DNA of 64,000 nucleotides from a bacterium (GTDB taxonomy: Bacteria > Acidobacteriota > Blastocatellia > HR10), in NCBI GenBank assembly GCA_041640655.1, contig JBEPZV010000006.1:1-64000 (forward strand). Reading direction: 5' to 3'. The notes under the pieces are model-generated. The model was not told the origin of the DNA and did no database searches. It worked only from the letters and a program-made list of their open reading frames with translations. The position numbers were made by a program, and so were the translations under genes. Position 1 is the first letter of the stretch. Each line of letters starts with the position of its first letter. Below are positions 1-9,231 of the stretch, one piece after another.

Positions 1-1
1 T

Positions 2-637
2 GAAGGGGAGGTGAAGATCCGACCGATCACGCATGGGAGCCTGATGCTGGAGTTTCGGGGGAAGGTCATTCACATAGACCCGTGGAGTCGCGGGAACTAC
101 GCGGGCTTGCCGAAGGCCGACATCATCCTGATCACCGACATTCACCCGGATCACATGGATCGGGCGATGGTGGATCACTTGAAGAAGGAGACGACGGTGA
201 TCTTGGCTCCGGCCGCCGTCGCCGAGACCATTCGCGAGGCGCAGATCATCCGGAACGGCGAGAGGAAGACCGTAGAGGGAATCACCATTGAGGCCGTCCC
301 CATGTACAATCTCGTTCGCGGTCCGAGCCCGGGGCAGCTCTATCACACGAAAGGACGCGGGAACGGGTACGTGCTCACGCTCGGGGGGAGACGGGTTTAC
401 ATCTCCGGCGATACCGAATGCGTCCCGGAGATCAAGGCCCTGAAGGGGATAGATGTGGCCTTCATCTGCATGAATCTCCCCTTCACGATGCCACCGGAAG
501 AAGCCGCCGAATGCGTGAAAGCCTTTCGACCGAAGATCGTCTACCCCTATCACTATCGCAATTCCGATCTGAGCCGTTTTGTAGATGCGCTCAAAGGCGA
601 GCCGGGGATGGAGGTTCGGCTGCGGAACTGGTATTAG
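2..637 (+). CDS. MBL-fold metallo-hydrolase (UlaG-like), probably 5'-truncated by the window
   Basis: Motifs TDIHPDH, YISGDT and YPYHY. The frame is open to the window edge upstream of GTG 11 (gaa ggg gag gtg). Confidence 0.85.
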   Translation, partial: EGEVKIRPITHGSLMLEFRGKVIHIDPWSRGNYAGLPKADIILITDIHPDHMDRAMVDHLKKETTVILAPAAVAETIREAQIIRNGERKTVEGITIEAVPMYNLVRGPSPGQLYHTKGRGNGYVLTLGGRRVYISGDTECVPEIKALKGIDVAFICMNLPFTMPPEEAAECVKAFRPKIVYPYHYRNSDLSRFVDALKGEPGMEVRLRNWY

Positions 638-677
638 AGCAGCGCCTTCTAAGTTGTGGGGAAGAGCAAAGGGTGGA

Positions 678-756
678 TGGGGCGAGCAGCGGGATTTGAA
701 CCCGCAACCCCTTGATCCACAGTCAAGTGCTCTGACCAGGTTGAGCTATGCTCGCC
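678..756 (-). tRNA. tRNA-His (GUG) with encoded G-1 and CCA
   Basis: Reverse complement folds as a cloverleaf: G-GCGAGCA acceptor paired with TGCTCGC-C-CCA, D arm GCTC..GAGC, anticodon arm CTTGA-CTGTGGA-TCAAG, T arm GCGGG-TTCAAAT-CCCGC. Confidence 0.97.
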
Positions 757-772
757 ACCGCTTGCGGGTGAA

Positions 773-801
773 ATTCTACACAACCTTCGGCCTTTTGGCC
801 A
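773..801 (-). promoter_or_regulatory. Putative sigma70 promoter for tRNA-His
   Basis: Minus strand reads TGGCCA-17 nt-TAGAAT just upstream of the tRNA 5' end. Confidence 0.55.
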
Positions 802-828
802 GTCCTTCAGCTCGGTCATGGCGATCGT

Positions 829-1257
829 TCAGGGGCGCGACTCTGGGGGATTCTCGGAGAACCACTGACGGACGAACGTGACGATCTCTTCGGCGAGTCG
901 GGCGGCTTCTCGCGCGGCTTCTTGCGTGTACACGCGCGCCGGAATGCTCTCGGGGAGACTATTCGGGTAACGGGTCGGCACGTAATAGCCGTCCAGGATC
1001 GCCCATCGTTTCACCCGTTCGGCGAATTCTGCCTCCCAGTGAGCAGCCCGATGACATAGCCGTTCAATGGAGTGTCCGAGGACGATCTCCTCACCTTGCG
1101 CGTACAGAAAGGCTTTGAGCGCTTTCTCCCCCACCTGTTGGGCGAGGAAGCACGCCAGATGGTATCCCCCCCGTTCGGCCAGGTCTTTGGTCCAGCGCAA
1201 GTCTTCTTCCGCTTGTTCGAGCCACCGCCAGCCTTCCTCATAGGCGGTTCTTCTCAT
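829..1257 (-). CDS. HEPN domain protein (COG2250-type)
   Basis: [36 protein letters not shown] pattern; start overlaps the end of the MNT gene. Confidence 0.88.
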   Translation of the reverse strand: MRRTAYEEGWRWLEQAEEDLRWTKDLAERGGYHLACFLAQQVGEKALKAFLYAQGEEIVLGHSIERLCHRAAHWEAEFAERVKRWAILDGYYVPTRYPNSLPESIPARVYTQEAAREAARLAEEIVTFVRQWFSENPPESRP

Positions 1258-1585
1258 AGAGCACCACCTCCTCCTGGAGGATTCGGCGGAGGAACGGACT
1301 CTCTTTGAGGGCTTGGAACTCCTCCGGGGTATAACAGAGCAGATCCATGTCTACCGGGCCTGCCAGAAGCTCGTACATCAGACGCAGTCGATCCACGAAA
1401 TCTCGCTCCGTTCTCATGATGATCAAGAGGTCCAAATCCGTGAAAAGATCCCTCCTGCCCCTGGCATAGGAGCCGAAGATGCTCACACGCTCGACGTCCT
1501 CCCGGCGTGAGAGCGTCGCGACGATGTGTTGGAGCGTCTGTTCCAGCAGGTTGACGTACTCGGTCTGCTCCTGAGGGGCACTCAT
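1238..1585 (-). CDS. Minimal nucleotidyltransferase (MNT), partner of HEPN
   Basis: GS-x10-DLD motif ([15 protein letters not shown]) and [15 protein letters not shown] at 1585 follows a GGGAGG RBS. Confidence 0.88.
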   Translation of the reverse strand: MSAPQEQTEYVNLLEQTLQHIVATLSRREDVERVSIFGSYARGRRDLFTDLDLLIIMRTERDFVDRLRLMYELLAGPVDMDLLCYTPEEFQALKESPFLRRILQEEVVLYEKNRL

Positions 1586-1774
1586 TCGTTCCTCCCGGAT
1601 CCTCCCATCGGGATAGGAAGGCCTTTGGGGGACCTTGAGGCGATACCTCCCTTGCAGGGTCACGATCGTTTGGCCTCAAGACCCCCGTATCCTCGTGCGA
1701 TCACCTCTCGCCGCCGAGCCATTCCCGGATGGGAGGCGGCGAGATCATCACGCGGGATCAGGATACGCGTGTGC

Positions 1775-2074
1775 TCACTTCTTCTTGGTGCCCGCTTTCT
1801 TCGTCCCTTTGGCCGTCTTCTTGGTTGTCTTCGCCGTGGCCTTCGCCGCTTTCTTCGCGGGCTTCTTGGCTGCGGCTTTCTTCGCCGGCTTCTTGGCCGC
1901 GGCCTTCTTGGCGGCCGGTTTCTTGGCAGCCGCCTTCTTCGCGGGCTTCTTGGCTGCGGCTTTCTTCGCGGGCTTGGCCGCAGGCGGGGCGGCCTCTGGA
2001 GCAGCCCCAGCGCCGGCGGGGGCCTCAGGGGCGATCGAAGGTGTCGTGCCCAGGGCTTCCGGTTCCAGTTGCAT
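1775..2074 (-). CDS. Histone H1-like / AlgP-like Lys-Ala-Pro-rich small basic protein
   Basis: Tandem KKPAKKAAA repeats; ATG at 2074 follows a GAGGAGG RBS; lies directly downstream of purH. Confidence 0.75.
   Translation of the reverse strand: MQLEPEALGTTPSIAPEAPAGAGAAPEAAPPAAKPAKKAAAKKPAKKAAAKKPAAKKAAAKKPAKKAAAKKPAKKAAKATAKTTKKTAKGTKKAGTKKK
1845..1980 (-). repeat. Coding tandem repeat, ~27-30 nt unit encoding KKPA(A)KKAAA
   Basis: Repeated gctttcttcgcgggcttcttggctgcg-like units on the + strand. Confidence 0.85.
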
Positions 2075-2155
2075 AAGCTCCCCTCCTCCTCGATAGGATT
2101 TTCGCTTGTCGGATCGCTCATCGGGGATACGTCCCGAGCACTCCGACAAGCGGTC

Positions 2156-3736
2156 TCAGTGCTTGAAGTGCCTCACGCCCGTGAAGACCATAGCCAGGCC
2201 GTGCTCATCCGCGGCCGCGATCACCTCCGCGTCGCGAATGGAGCCACCCGGTTGGATGATCGCGCGAACGCCATGTCGTGCGGCCTCATCCACCCCGTCC
2301 CGGAAGGGGAAGAAGGCGTCCGAGGCGAGGACCGACCCTTCCATCGGGAGGATGGCCTTCATCGCGGCGAGCTTGACCGCATCCACCCGACTCATCTGCC
2401 CAGCCCCGACGCCGATGAGTTGGCCTGGACGCGCCAGGACGATGGCGTTCGATTTCACGTGTTTGCACACGACCCATGCGAAGCGCAGGGCTTCGAGCTC
2501 TTCGTTCGTCGGCTCGCGTCGGGTGACGACCCGAAGCGTGGTGCTCTCCCAAGCGATCCGGTCGCGTGTCTGCAGGAGGATTCCCCCGCGGATTCGCTTC
2601 AAGTCGTAGCCGCTCCATTGCTCACTCCCCGATGCTCGCTCCATGAGCATTACTCGCAGATTCTTCTTCCGCGAGAGCACGGTGAGGGCCTCCGGCTCAT
2701 AGCCCGGGGCGATGATCGCTTCCAGAAAGAGTTCCGCGAGCGCACGGGCCGCCTCTTCATCCACAGGGCGGTTGAAGCCGACGATGCCTCCGAAAGCGGA
2801 GACCGGATCGGTGGCCAGGGCCTTCCGATACGCCGCGGCCGGCGTCTCCCCAGTCGCCGCTCCGCATGGATTCGTGTGTTTGATGATCACGCATGCGGGC
2901 TCGGAGAACTCTGTGACGAGGGCCCATGCGGCATCCAAATCCAGGTAGTTGTTGAACGACAGCTCCTTCCCCTGCAATTGTCGGGCAGCGGCCACGCCCG
3001 GTTCATCCTGGGGGATTCGGTAAAGGGCTGCCTTTTGGTGGGGATTCTCGCCATAGCGCAGCGGCTCTTGTTGCTGCAGCCAGAGCGTCAGTCGCGTCGG
3101 CATCTCCGGCTCGGACTCCACGCGCACCTCTTCGTCGGTCAGGCGGAGCCGGTTCGCAAAGAAGTCGGCGATCGCCGCGTCGTACTCGGCGACATGCGCG
3201 AACGCCTTTTGCGCCAGGCGGAACCGGGTCGCCAGACTCACCCCTCCGTGAGCCCGCAGCTCTTCCAGGAAGGGCTCATAGTCGGAGGGATCTACGATGA
3301 CCGCGACGTCACGAAAGTTCTTCGCGGCCGCTCGAATCAACGTCGGCCCCCCGATGTCGATGTTCTCCATCACGTCGGTGAGAGCGACCTCGGAGCGGGC
3401 CACCGTTTGAACGAAGGGGTAGAGATTCACGACGACCAGGTCAATGAGCGGAAGGCCGTAGGCTTCGACCTCACGTTGATGCTCCGGATACTGGCGCACG
3501 GCCAGAAGACCACCGTGAATCTTGGGGTGAAGGGTCTTGACCCTTCCGCCCAGGATCTCGGGGAATCCGGTCACCTCCGAGACGTCTCGGACGGGAAGAC
3601 GAGCCGCGCGGAGGAGGGAGGCCGTGCCTCCGGTCGAGATGAGTTCAACTCCTTGAAGATGAAGATATTGGGCGAACTCGAGGAGCCCTCGCTTGTCCGA
3701 GACACTCAACAGCGCGCGTGTGATCTTCAGGGTCAT
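2156..3736 (-). CDS. purH: Bifunctional AICAR transformylase / IMP cyclohydrolase
   Basis: RALLSVSDK, GRVKTLHP, IDIGGPT, LRYGENPHQ, KHVKSNAIV and RHFKH motifs. Confidence 0.98.
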   Translation of the reverse strand: MTLKITRALLSVSDKRGLLEFAQYLHLQGVELISTGGTASLLRAARLPVRDVSEVTGFPEILGGRVKTLHPKIHGGLLAVRQYPEHQREVEAYGLPLIDLVVVNLYPFVQTVARSEVALTDVMENIDIGGPTLIRAAAKNFRDVAVIVDPSDYEPFLEELRAHGGVSLATRFRLAQKAFAHVAEYDAAIADFFANRLRLTDEEVRVESEPEMPTRLTLWLQQQEPLRYGENPHQKAALYRIPQDEPGVAAARQLQGKELSFNNYLDLDAAWALVTEFSEPACVIIKHTNPCGAATGETPAAAYRKALATDPVSAFGGIVGFNRPVDEEAARALAELFLEAIIAPGYEPEALTVLSRKKNLRVMLMERASGSEQWSGYDLKRIRGGILLQTRDRIAWESTTLRVVTRREPTNEELEALRFAWVVCKHVKSNAIVLARPGQLIGVGAGQMSRVDAVKLAAMKAILPMEGSVLASDAFFPFRDGVDEAARHGVRAIIQPGGSIRDAEVIAAADEHGLAMVFTGVRHFKH

Positions 3737-3836
3737 TCGCCGTCCTTCCTCGTGATGTCATCCCTCCGCCGCCGATCGCTCATATTCGCGTCCCTTTTGT
3801 CCCCCCTCATGCGATTTCCTCACCTGTTGCGACACA

Positions 3837-3865
3837 ATTATAGTGCGATTCGCGCGATTTGGGAA
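3837..3865 (-). promoter_or_regulatory. Putative sigma70 promoter for purH
   Basis: Minus strand reads TTCCCA-17 nt-TATAAT. Confidence 0.5.
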
Positions 3866-3941
3866 TCCCCCTCGCTCGTTGGAGGACAAAATGTGGAGAT
3901 GCGAAGCGAGGGCGAGGTGCACTTTCCGTTGACCGATGACC

Positions 3942-4910
3942 TCACTCTCGGGAGACGTAGCTCTTCCGAGTGGTCTGCACGCGCACTCCAGCGCGCTTCA
4001 CCCGGACGCGAATCCGGTGTCGGGTCCCACTTGGGGCGTTCGGGGCGTAATACCCGATATAGTACTGGCCCCACAGCTCTTCCACAATATCTTGAAAGAT
4101 CGGGGTGATGTCGAGCGTCGTCCGGGGATCGAGTACGTCCCTCACGTCACCGGCGAAGAACACCCGGCCCCCGGTCCGACGGGCGATCTCGAGGAGGCCC
4201 TTGGCGACCGGGCGAGGGCGCAAGCGACCTTCGACGGGGGAATAGAGAGGGATGATGATGGCGTAGAGCGTGATCCCGGCCGCCTCGGCGATCTGAAGGC
4301 ATTGGGCCGGATCCACGGTGCTCGCCGTGTCCAATCCATCGGTCAGCAGAAGGGCGAGCTTCCGCGCGTGGGCATCGGGAAGTGCGGCGAGCTGTTGAAA
4401 CGCAAACAGCAGCGCGTCGAAGATGGCCGTTTGACTCCAGACCGGGCGATGGCGCTGCACGGCGCGTTCGAGGACGGTCTTCTCGGTCGTGAATCCTTCG
4501 GTGAGAGGTTCGGGGCGCTCGTGAAAGCGGATGAGGCTCACGCGAACTTCCGGCCCGAGCCACCGCAGCAGGCTTCGGAGAGCCGAGGCTTGTGCGGGCC
4601 AGGTCGCGGCGATGCTTCCACTAGCATCGAGCAAAAGGCTCAGCGCCAGGGGACGCGAGAGCAGGCCGGAGACGGGCTCGGTCGAGAAAAAAGCGATCGC
4701 TTGCTTGCGGCCGTTATCGAAGACCTCGAAATCCTCCACGGTGAGCCCGCGCACACGGCGGCCCTGCTGATCTCTCACGGTCACCGGCACGAGGACGAGG
4801 TCCGAACGCAGCGTGACCTGAGAGGGAGCCTCCAGGGCAAGGAGAAGGCTGAGTCCACATGCCCAGAGTGGGCGTGGGAGAGATCGTGCCCATGTCCTAA
4901 ATTCCGCCAT
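3942..4910 (-). CDS. Secreted VWA domain protein (acidobacterial type)
   Basis: Signal-like N-terminus, LVLVPVTVRDQQGR..GLTVEDFEVFD, MIDAS DASGS/T/TDG, C-terminal QYYIGY. Confidence 0.85.
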   Translation of the reverse strand: MAEFRTWARSLPRPLWACGLSLLLALEAPSQVTLRSDLVLVPVTVRDQQGRRVRGLTVEDFEVFDNGRKQAIAFFSTEPVSGLLSRPLALSLLLDASGSIAATWPAQASALRSLLRWLGPEVRVSLIRFHERPEPLTEGFTTEKTVLERAVQRHRPVWSQTAIFDALLFAFQQLAALPDAHARKLALLLTDGLDTASTVDPAQCLQIAEAAGITLYAIIIPLYSPVEGRLRPRPVAKGLLEIARRTGGRVFFAGDVRDVLDPRTTLDITPIFQDIVEELWGQYYIGYYAPNAPSGTRHRIRVRVKRAGVRVQTTRKSYVSRE

Positions 4911-4924
4911 CGGGGCGGCTCTCG

Positions 4925-5875
4925 CTAGGTGATCGTGATGGGGAAGGGCATGAAGCTGAGGGCGAAGACGATCAAGGCGATGATTCCCAAGACCTTCCGC
5001 CGGCGGTCGAGCGGTTGATGTTCATCCCCGACCGGAGGGTGTTTCAGCCCGATGAGCAGCCCGATGAGCCCGACATAGACGAACCACCCCGCCCACCGAT
5101 GGCGGCTATAGGCGTAGAAGGCCAGGCCGATCATCAGGAAGAAGATCCCCCGCGCCATCCATCGGTGTCCCCGACGCCCAAGCAGCGCGTAGGCGATGTG
5201 CCCACCATCCAGTTGACCGAGGGGCAGCAGATTCAGGCTCGTCGCCAGCATTCCCACCCAAGCCGCGAAGTGGACGGGGTTCCACTGGATCATGACCGGC
5301 AGATCGAAAACGCGCTGCAGAAGGATAAACAGAGGCGGGTCGTTGAAGGTGATCACCCCCTCGGTCAAAGGAATCGGGGGCGCGGGGTCCGCGAACCAAA
5401 GGCCGACGATCGCCGCTGGCAAGGCGACGGCGAATCCGGCCAGCGGGCCCGCGATGCCGACATCGAAGAGCGCGCGGCGCGAGCGGATGGGTTCCTGAAT
5501 GCGAATGAACGCGCCGAAAGTTCCAATGCCGATCACGGGCGGGGCCGGGATGAAATAGGGTAAGCTGGCCTGGATCCCGTAGTATCGGCACGCCAGATAA
5601 TGTCCCAGCTCATGCGCCAGCAGGATGGTCAAAAGGGTGAACGAATAGGCGAGGCCGCTGGAGACGATGGCCGGATGGGTGAGGGCGGCTCCCAGGTCCT
5701 CCACCACCGCTCCACTCAGAGCGAAGAACGCTCCCGCCAGGAAGGTCGTCGCGAACGTGCTCAGGAAGAGAACGGCGTGCAGGATCACGCGCCGCAGAGG
5801 GATGCGAGATTCCCGCATCAGGAGGACGTCATATGCGGAGAGGGGCTCGGCGGAATGGGACGTGTGCCCGTTCAC
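4925..5875 (-). CDS. Site-2 protease family (M50) intramembrane metalloprotease
   Basis: HELGH and NLLPLGQLDGGH motifs; multiple hydrophobic segments. Confidence 0.92.
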   Translation of the reverse strand: MNGHTSHSAEPLSAYDVLLMRESRIPLRRVILHAVLFLSTFATTFLAGAFFALSGAVVEDLGAALTHPAIVSSGLAYSFTLLTILLAHELGHYLACRYYGIQASLPYFIPAPPVIGIGTFGAFIRIQEPIRSRRALFDVGIAGPLAGFAVALPAAIVGLWFADPAPPIPLTEGVITFNDPPLFILLQRVFDLPVMIQWNPVHFAAWVGMLATSLNLLPLGQLDGGHIAYALLGRRGHRWMARGIFFLMIGLAFYAYSRHRWAGWFVYVGLIGLLIGLKHPPVGDEHQPLDRRRKVLGIIALIVFALSFMPFPITIT

Positions 5876-5884
5876 GACACTCGT

Positions 5885-6145
5885 TCACCGCAGCTCTTTT
5901 CCGGGTTTGAACCGAATCGTCTTCCCCTCGGGGATCGGCACGACGGCTCCGGTCTTTGGGTTTCTCCCGATGCCGCGTTTCCGCGGTCGAACGGAGAAGA
6001 CGCCGAAGCCACGCAACTCGATCCGATACCCGTTCTTCAACGCTTGTTTCATCGCCTCGAAGAACGCATCCACGGCCATTTCGACCCGGCTCTTGGGCAA
6101 GCCCGTCTTCTCGGCCACGCGATTGACGATGTCTTGTTTGATCAC
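5885..6145 (-). CDS. HU/IHF family DNA-binding protein
   Basis: IELRGFGVF and GRNPKTG..FKPGKELR; GTG at 6145 follows an AGGAGG RBS. Confidence 0.95.
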   Translation of the reverse strand: MIKQDIVNRVAEKTGLPKSRVEMAVDAFFEAMKQALKNGYRIELRGFGVFSVRPRKRGIGRNPKTGAVVPIPEGKTIRFKPGKELR

Positions 6146-6182
6146 GCTCGACGGCCTCCTTGACTCAACCTGTTGAACATGC

Positions 6183-6200
6183 GCCACTTGATCAAGTGGC
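6183..6200. promoter_or_regulatory. Perfect 18-bp palindrome GCCACTTGATCAAGTGGC, putative operator
   Basis: Exact self-complementarity; lies immediately downstream of the -10 box of the HU promoter. Confidence 0.6.
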
Positions 6201-6201
6201 C

Positions 6202-6230
6202 ATTATAGGTGCGTGGTCTCTCCATGTCAA
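6202..6230 (-). promoter_or_regulatory. Consensus sigma70 promoter for the HU gene
   Basis: Minus strand reads TTGACA-17 nt-TATAAT, a perfect consensus. Confidence 0.88.
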
Positions 6231-6267
6231 GCACGCGCGTTTTGGACGCCTTCGGCTCGCCCCAGGG

Positions 6268-6798
6268 CTACTTCTTCTTCGGTTTCGCGAAGCGGGCTTC
6301 GCCCTCGCGGGCGTCGGCATTCGCCAGCTCCGTGGCTTCGAGGGCGCGGCGCAAGACTTCCAGAGCATCAGCGCTCTTGAGCTTCTCCATGAGCGCCTTC
6401 AGGCGGAGCAGATAGTGGTCGGTCGCTTCTCGAAACGTCTTCAGAGCCGGGTGGAGGAACTCATTCTCGGGGTCCTGGCCGTGAGCATCCTCGATGTTGA
6501 GGATCGTCTCGTCAATGGCCTTGATGTACTGCTGGAGCAATTCCTCGGGCGTGCCTTTCGGGATGGGGCCCCAGGCGTCTTCCTCTTTCTTCGACAGCGG
6601 CGTGGTCGCTTGCTCCAGGGCCATGAGGCGGCGTTCCGCGATCTTCATGAGCACCTTCACACGCAGGTCAATGCGCTGCGCTTCCTTCATTTGCTCGATC
6701 TCTTTGCTCGTCAGGTACTCGCCAGACTCCTGCAGGCGGGCGGAGGGGAAAGGCCCCAGCAGGATCCCGATCACAAGCAGTGGCCATGCGTTTCTCAT
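6268..6798 (-). CDS. Hypothetical exported helical protein
   Basis: Signal-peptide-like N-terminus and charged helical composition; co-oriented with neighbours. Confidence 0.7.
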   Translation of the reverse strand: MRNAWPLLVIGILLGPFPSARLQESGEYLTSKEIEQMKEAQRIDLRVKVLMKIAERRLMALEQATTPLSKKEEDAWGPIPKGTPEELLQQYIKAIDETILNIEDAHGQDPENEFLHPALKTFREATDHYLLRLKALMEKLKSADALEVLRRALEATELANADAREGEARFAKPKKK

Positions 6799-6816
6799 AG
6801 ATGTACCCTGTGGGGT

Positions 6817-9231
6817 TCACTGGAACCGCACCAGGCGGATCCAGAGGGGGACGGCGATCTCCCCCGGGATTGTCCGATCGCCGTCGGAGATGAAGACGTA
6901 CCCTTCGGCATCCGTCATCCCTAAGGGGATGGCGGACTCCACAGCGAGTGTCACGGTGACTGTCGCGCTCTCGCCCGGCAGCAGGCGCAGTTCCGTGACG
7001 CTCGTCCTGGCGCGCACAAGCTGAGCGCCCAAAGTGAGGACGACGCGCAGGCGGTATTCGGTTGGCACGGCGGATTTATTCGTCAAGCGGAAGGCGCGCT
7101 CGAACTCGGCCGATCCGGTTACGAGCTGGCGGCCGAAGCTGAGACTCGAGGGGAGTGCAATAGTCTGCAAGCGAGCGGCCGCCGGGAGATTCAGCAGTCC
7201 CGCCCCGCGATCCATCACGCCGAGTGCGGCTATCTCCGGCGGTCGCGCTGCTGTCGTCACCAAGGCGGACTTGATCTCAGCGGGCGTCCAATCCGGATGA
7301 AGCTGGCGAAGCAAGGCGGCGGCTCCAGCCGCTCGTGGCGCCGAGAAACTTGTCCCTTGTGAGAAGGCGAATCCCGAAGGGTCGTACATGGTACTCTGGC
7401 CGATACCGGGCGGAGAGGTGGGGAAGCGGTTCTCGCCGCGCGGATCATCGTCCTGAACCGCCGCGTAGCTTCCTGTGCCGACGGTCACCAGATCCGGCTT
7501 GATCTGATAATCGTTGCTCGGCCCACGTGAACTGAAGCTCGCCAGAAGGTTCGGCACATCCGGGAACGTTCGGGGCGCTTCAAGCCGCATGCGGGCGATC
7601 AGCGAGCGCTCGCGAACGCCGGCCAGGCGAGCCTTCAGGCGCAATCCTTCGGAGCGCGGGAGAGAGAGGGCCGGAAGCGGAGCCCCTTGGAGATCCATGC
7701 GAAAGAGCTGATCGCCGCCTTCCGGAGAGTTATAGATGACGACGGCGATAGCTCCCGCTTGCGCGGCATTGGTCACCTTCGTTTGAAAGGTGCACTGGCC
7801 TCGCTGCACAAGGGCGATGGCTCCCTGCAATGATCCGGCCGGAAGCGGGTCGCAGAGAAGCCCTGAGGCCTCGCCGTCTACGAGGTCTACGTCCACCAGC
7901 GGTCCGGCGATCTCCGGAGGGAAAGGAGCTGCGCCGTTGGCCCCGCGAACGCCGGAGACGAGGATGTCGTCCCCTTCGAGCTGAAGCGTCGCGCGCTCGA
8001 TCCCATCGCTCACATGGAGATTGGTCGAGGCGCCGACTGTAAGCGCTTCGCTCGATTCGGCAGCTCCGCCGACGGTCCCCCCCGCGGAGTTGAACGGAGG
8101 CGAAAGGCCTTTGTTCCCGGCCGCGATGACCGACAGAACGCCCGCTTGCGCGGCATTGTTCACAGCGATCACCTGGGCATTGAAGGCGGGATCGCTCGTC
8201 GGAGGCGTGCGCGGGCCGAAGCTCATGTTGAGGATGTCCATGCCGTCCTGCACCGCCTCTTCGATCGCGGCCACGATATTATCCGTGAAGGCGCGGGGGG
8301 CGAAGATGCGATAGCTGCCGATATACGCCTTCGGGGCGACGCCGCTCATGACGACCGGGCGGGCGCCGGGGATTCCCTCCAGGCGCACCGTGGCTCCCGC
8401 CGCGCAGCTGGCGACGTGGGAGCCATGCCCGACAAGGTCTTGCGCCGTTCGATGTCCGGGATCCAGGCGCGTGTCGGTTTCGTCAAAGATCGAGCGGATG
8501 ACCTTGGCGACGATGACCTTATTCGTGGCGAGCGCAAGATCACCGCGTGGGAATCCGGGAGGAGGAAGGAGATCGAGGTCGTGAAACATCGGATTGCTGA
8601 AGTCCACGCCCGTGTCGAGGACGCCGATCTTCACTCCGCGCCCCGCGTTCTCTCGCCCGCCGAGCCTCTCCCAGACCAGGGGAACGCCCATCAGATCATT
8701 GCTCACGTCGAGGGCAGGCAGCGCAGTGGGTTCGGCCACGAGCTCATATTCGACTACCGGAAGGAGCGCCTTCACCTCCGGATGGCGAACGAGTGCCGGG
8801 ATGTCCGACGAGGGGACCAAGGCGACGAAGCCGTTGAGCACGATGTGATAGTGGCGAAAGACCTGCACGCGAGGGAGATGCTGTTGCAGCGTTCGAAGAA
8901 GTGCCTGATGTCGTTGTTCCAGATAGTCGAGGTATCGGCGGCTCGTCTGAGAGTGCACGTCCAACTTCCCCTGGCGCCGGTTGCGGGGGGAGACGCGCAC
9001 GCTCGTCGCCTCAAGACCCGGCACATGGCCCTCATAGGTCGCCAGCGGCTCGTCGCGGAGTTGAATGATGAACGCCTTGCGATCCCCCAGACTCGTCGTC
9101 TGTTCGGCGGCGTGCGCGGCCTGAAGGAGCTTGATCACCAGCGAGGGATCGGTGGCATCTGAGAATCCGATCCCTGAAAGGGACACCGTGATGCGAAGGA
9201 TTGCCTGCAGGAGGGTGAGTGCGTCCATCAT
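6817..9231 (-). CDS. S8 subtilisin-like serine protease (Vpr-like: I9 propeptide, PA domain, C-terminal Ig-like domain)
   Basis: Catalytic triad motifs LDTG, GHGSHVA and GTSFSAP; PA-domain IALVQRGQCTF; FSSRGP. Confidence 0.93.
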   Translation of the reverse strand: MMDALTLLQAILRITVSLSGIGFSDATDPSLVIKLLQAAHAAEQTTSLGDRKAFIIQLRDEPLATYEGHVPGLEATSVRVSPRNRRQGKLDVHSQTSRRYLDYLEQRHQALLRTLQQHLPRVQVFRHYHIVLNGFVALVPSSDIPALVRHPEVKALLPVVEYELVAEPTALPALDVSNDLMGVPLVWERLGGRENAGRGVKIGVLDTGVDFSNPMFHDLDLLPPPGFPRGDLALATNKVIVAKVIRSIFDETDTRLDPGHRTAQDLVGHGSHVASCAAGATVRLEGIPGARPVVMSGVAPKAYIGSYRIFAPRAFTDNIVAAIEEAVQDGMDILNMSFGPRTPPTSDPAFNAQVIAVNNAAQAGVLSVIAAGNKGLSPPFNSAGGTVGGAAESSEALTVGASTNLHVSDGIERATLQLEGDDILVSGVRGANGAAPFPPEIAGPLVDVDLVDGEASGLLCDPLPAGSLQGAIALVQRGQCTFQTKVTNAAQAGAIAVVIYNSPEGGDQLFRMDLQGAPLPALSLPRSEGLRLKARLAGVRERSLIARMRLEAPRTFPDVPNLLASFSSRGPSNDYQIKPDLVTVGTGSYAAVQDDDPRGENRFPTSPPGIGQSTMYDPSGFAFSQGTSFSAPRAAGAAALLRQLHPDWTPAEIKSALVTTAARPPEIAALGVMDRGAGLLNLPAAARLQTIALPSSLSFGRQLVTGSAEFERAFRLTNKSAVPTEYRLRVVLTLGAQLVRARTSVTELRLLPGESATVTVTLAVESAIPLGMTDAEGYVFISDGDRTIPGEIAVPLWIRLVRFQ

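Noticed and set aside
638..828. tRNA-His as the integration site of a genomic island
   Set aside because: I saw no duplicated tRNA 3' fragment and no adjacent integrase in the window.
3737..3941. ZTP (pfl) riboswitch expected upstream of purH
   Set aside because: The conserved GACTGGCG and CGCCTGGG elements are not found on the minus strand.
1526..4108. 860-aa + strand ORF, and similar long ORFs at 29135-31606(-), 38831-40411(-), 53985-55664(+) and 56477-59269(-)
   Set aside because: These are antisense shadows of well-supported genes in GC-rich DNA and carry no recognisable motifs.
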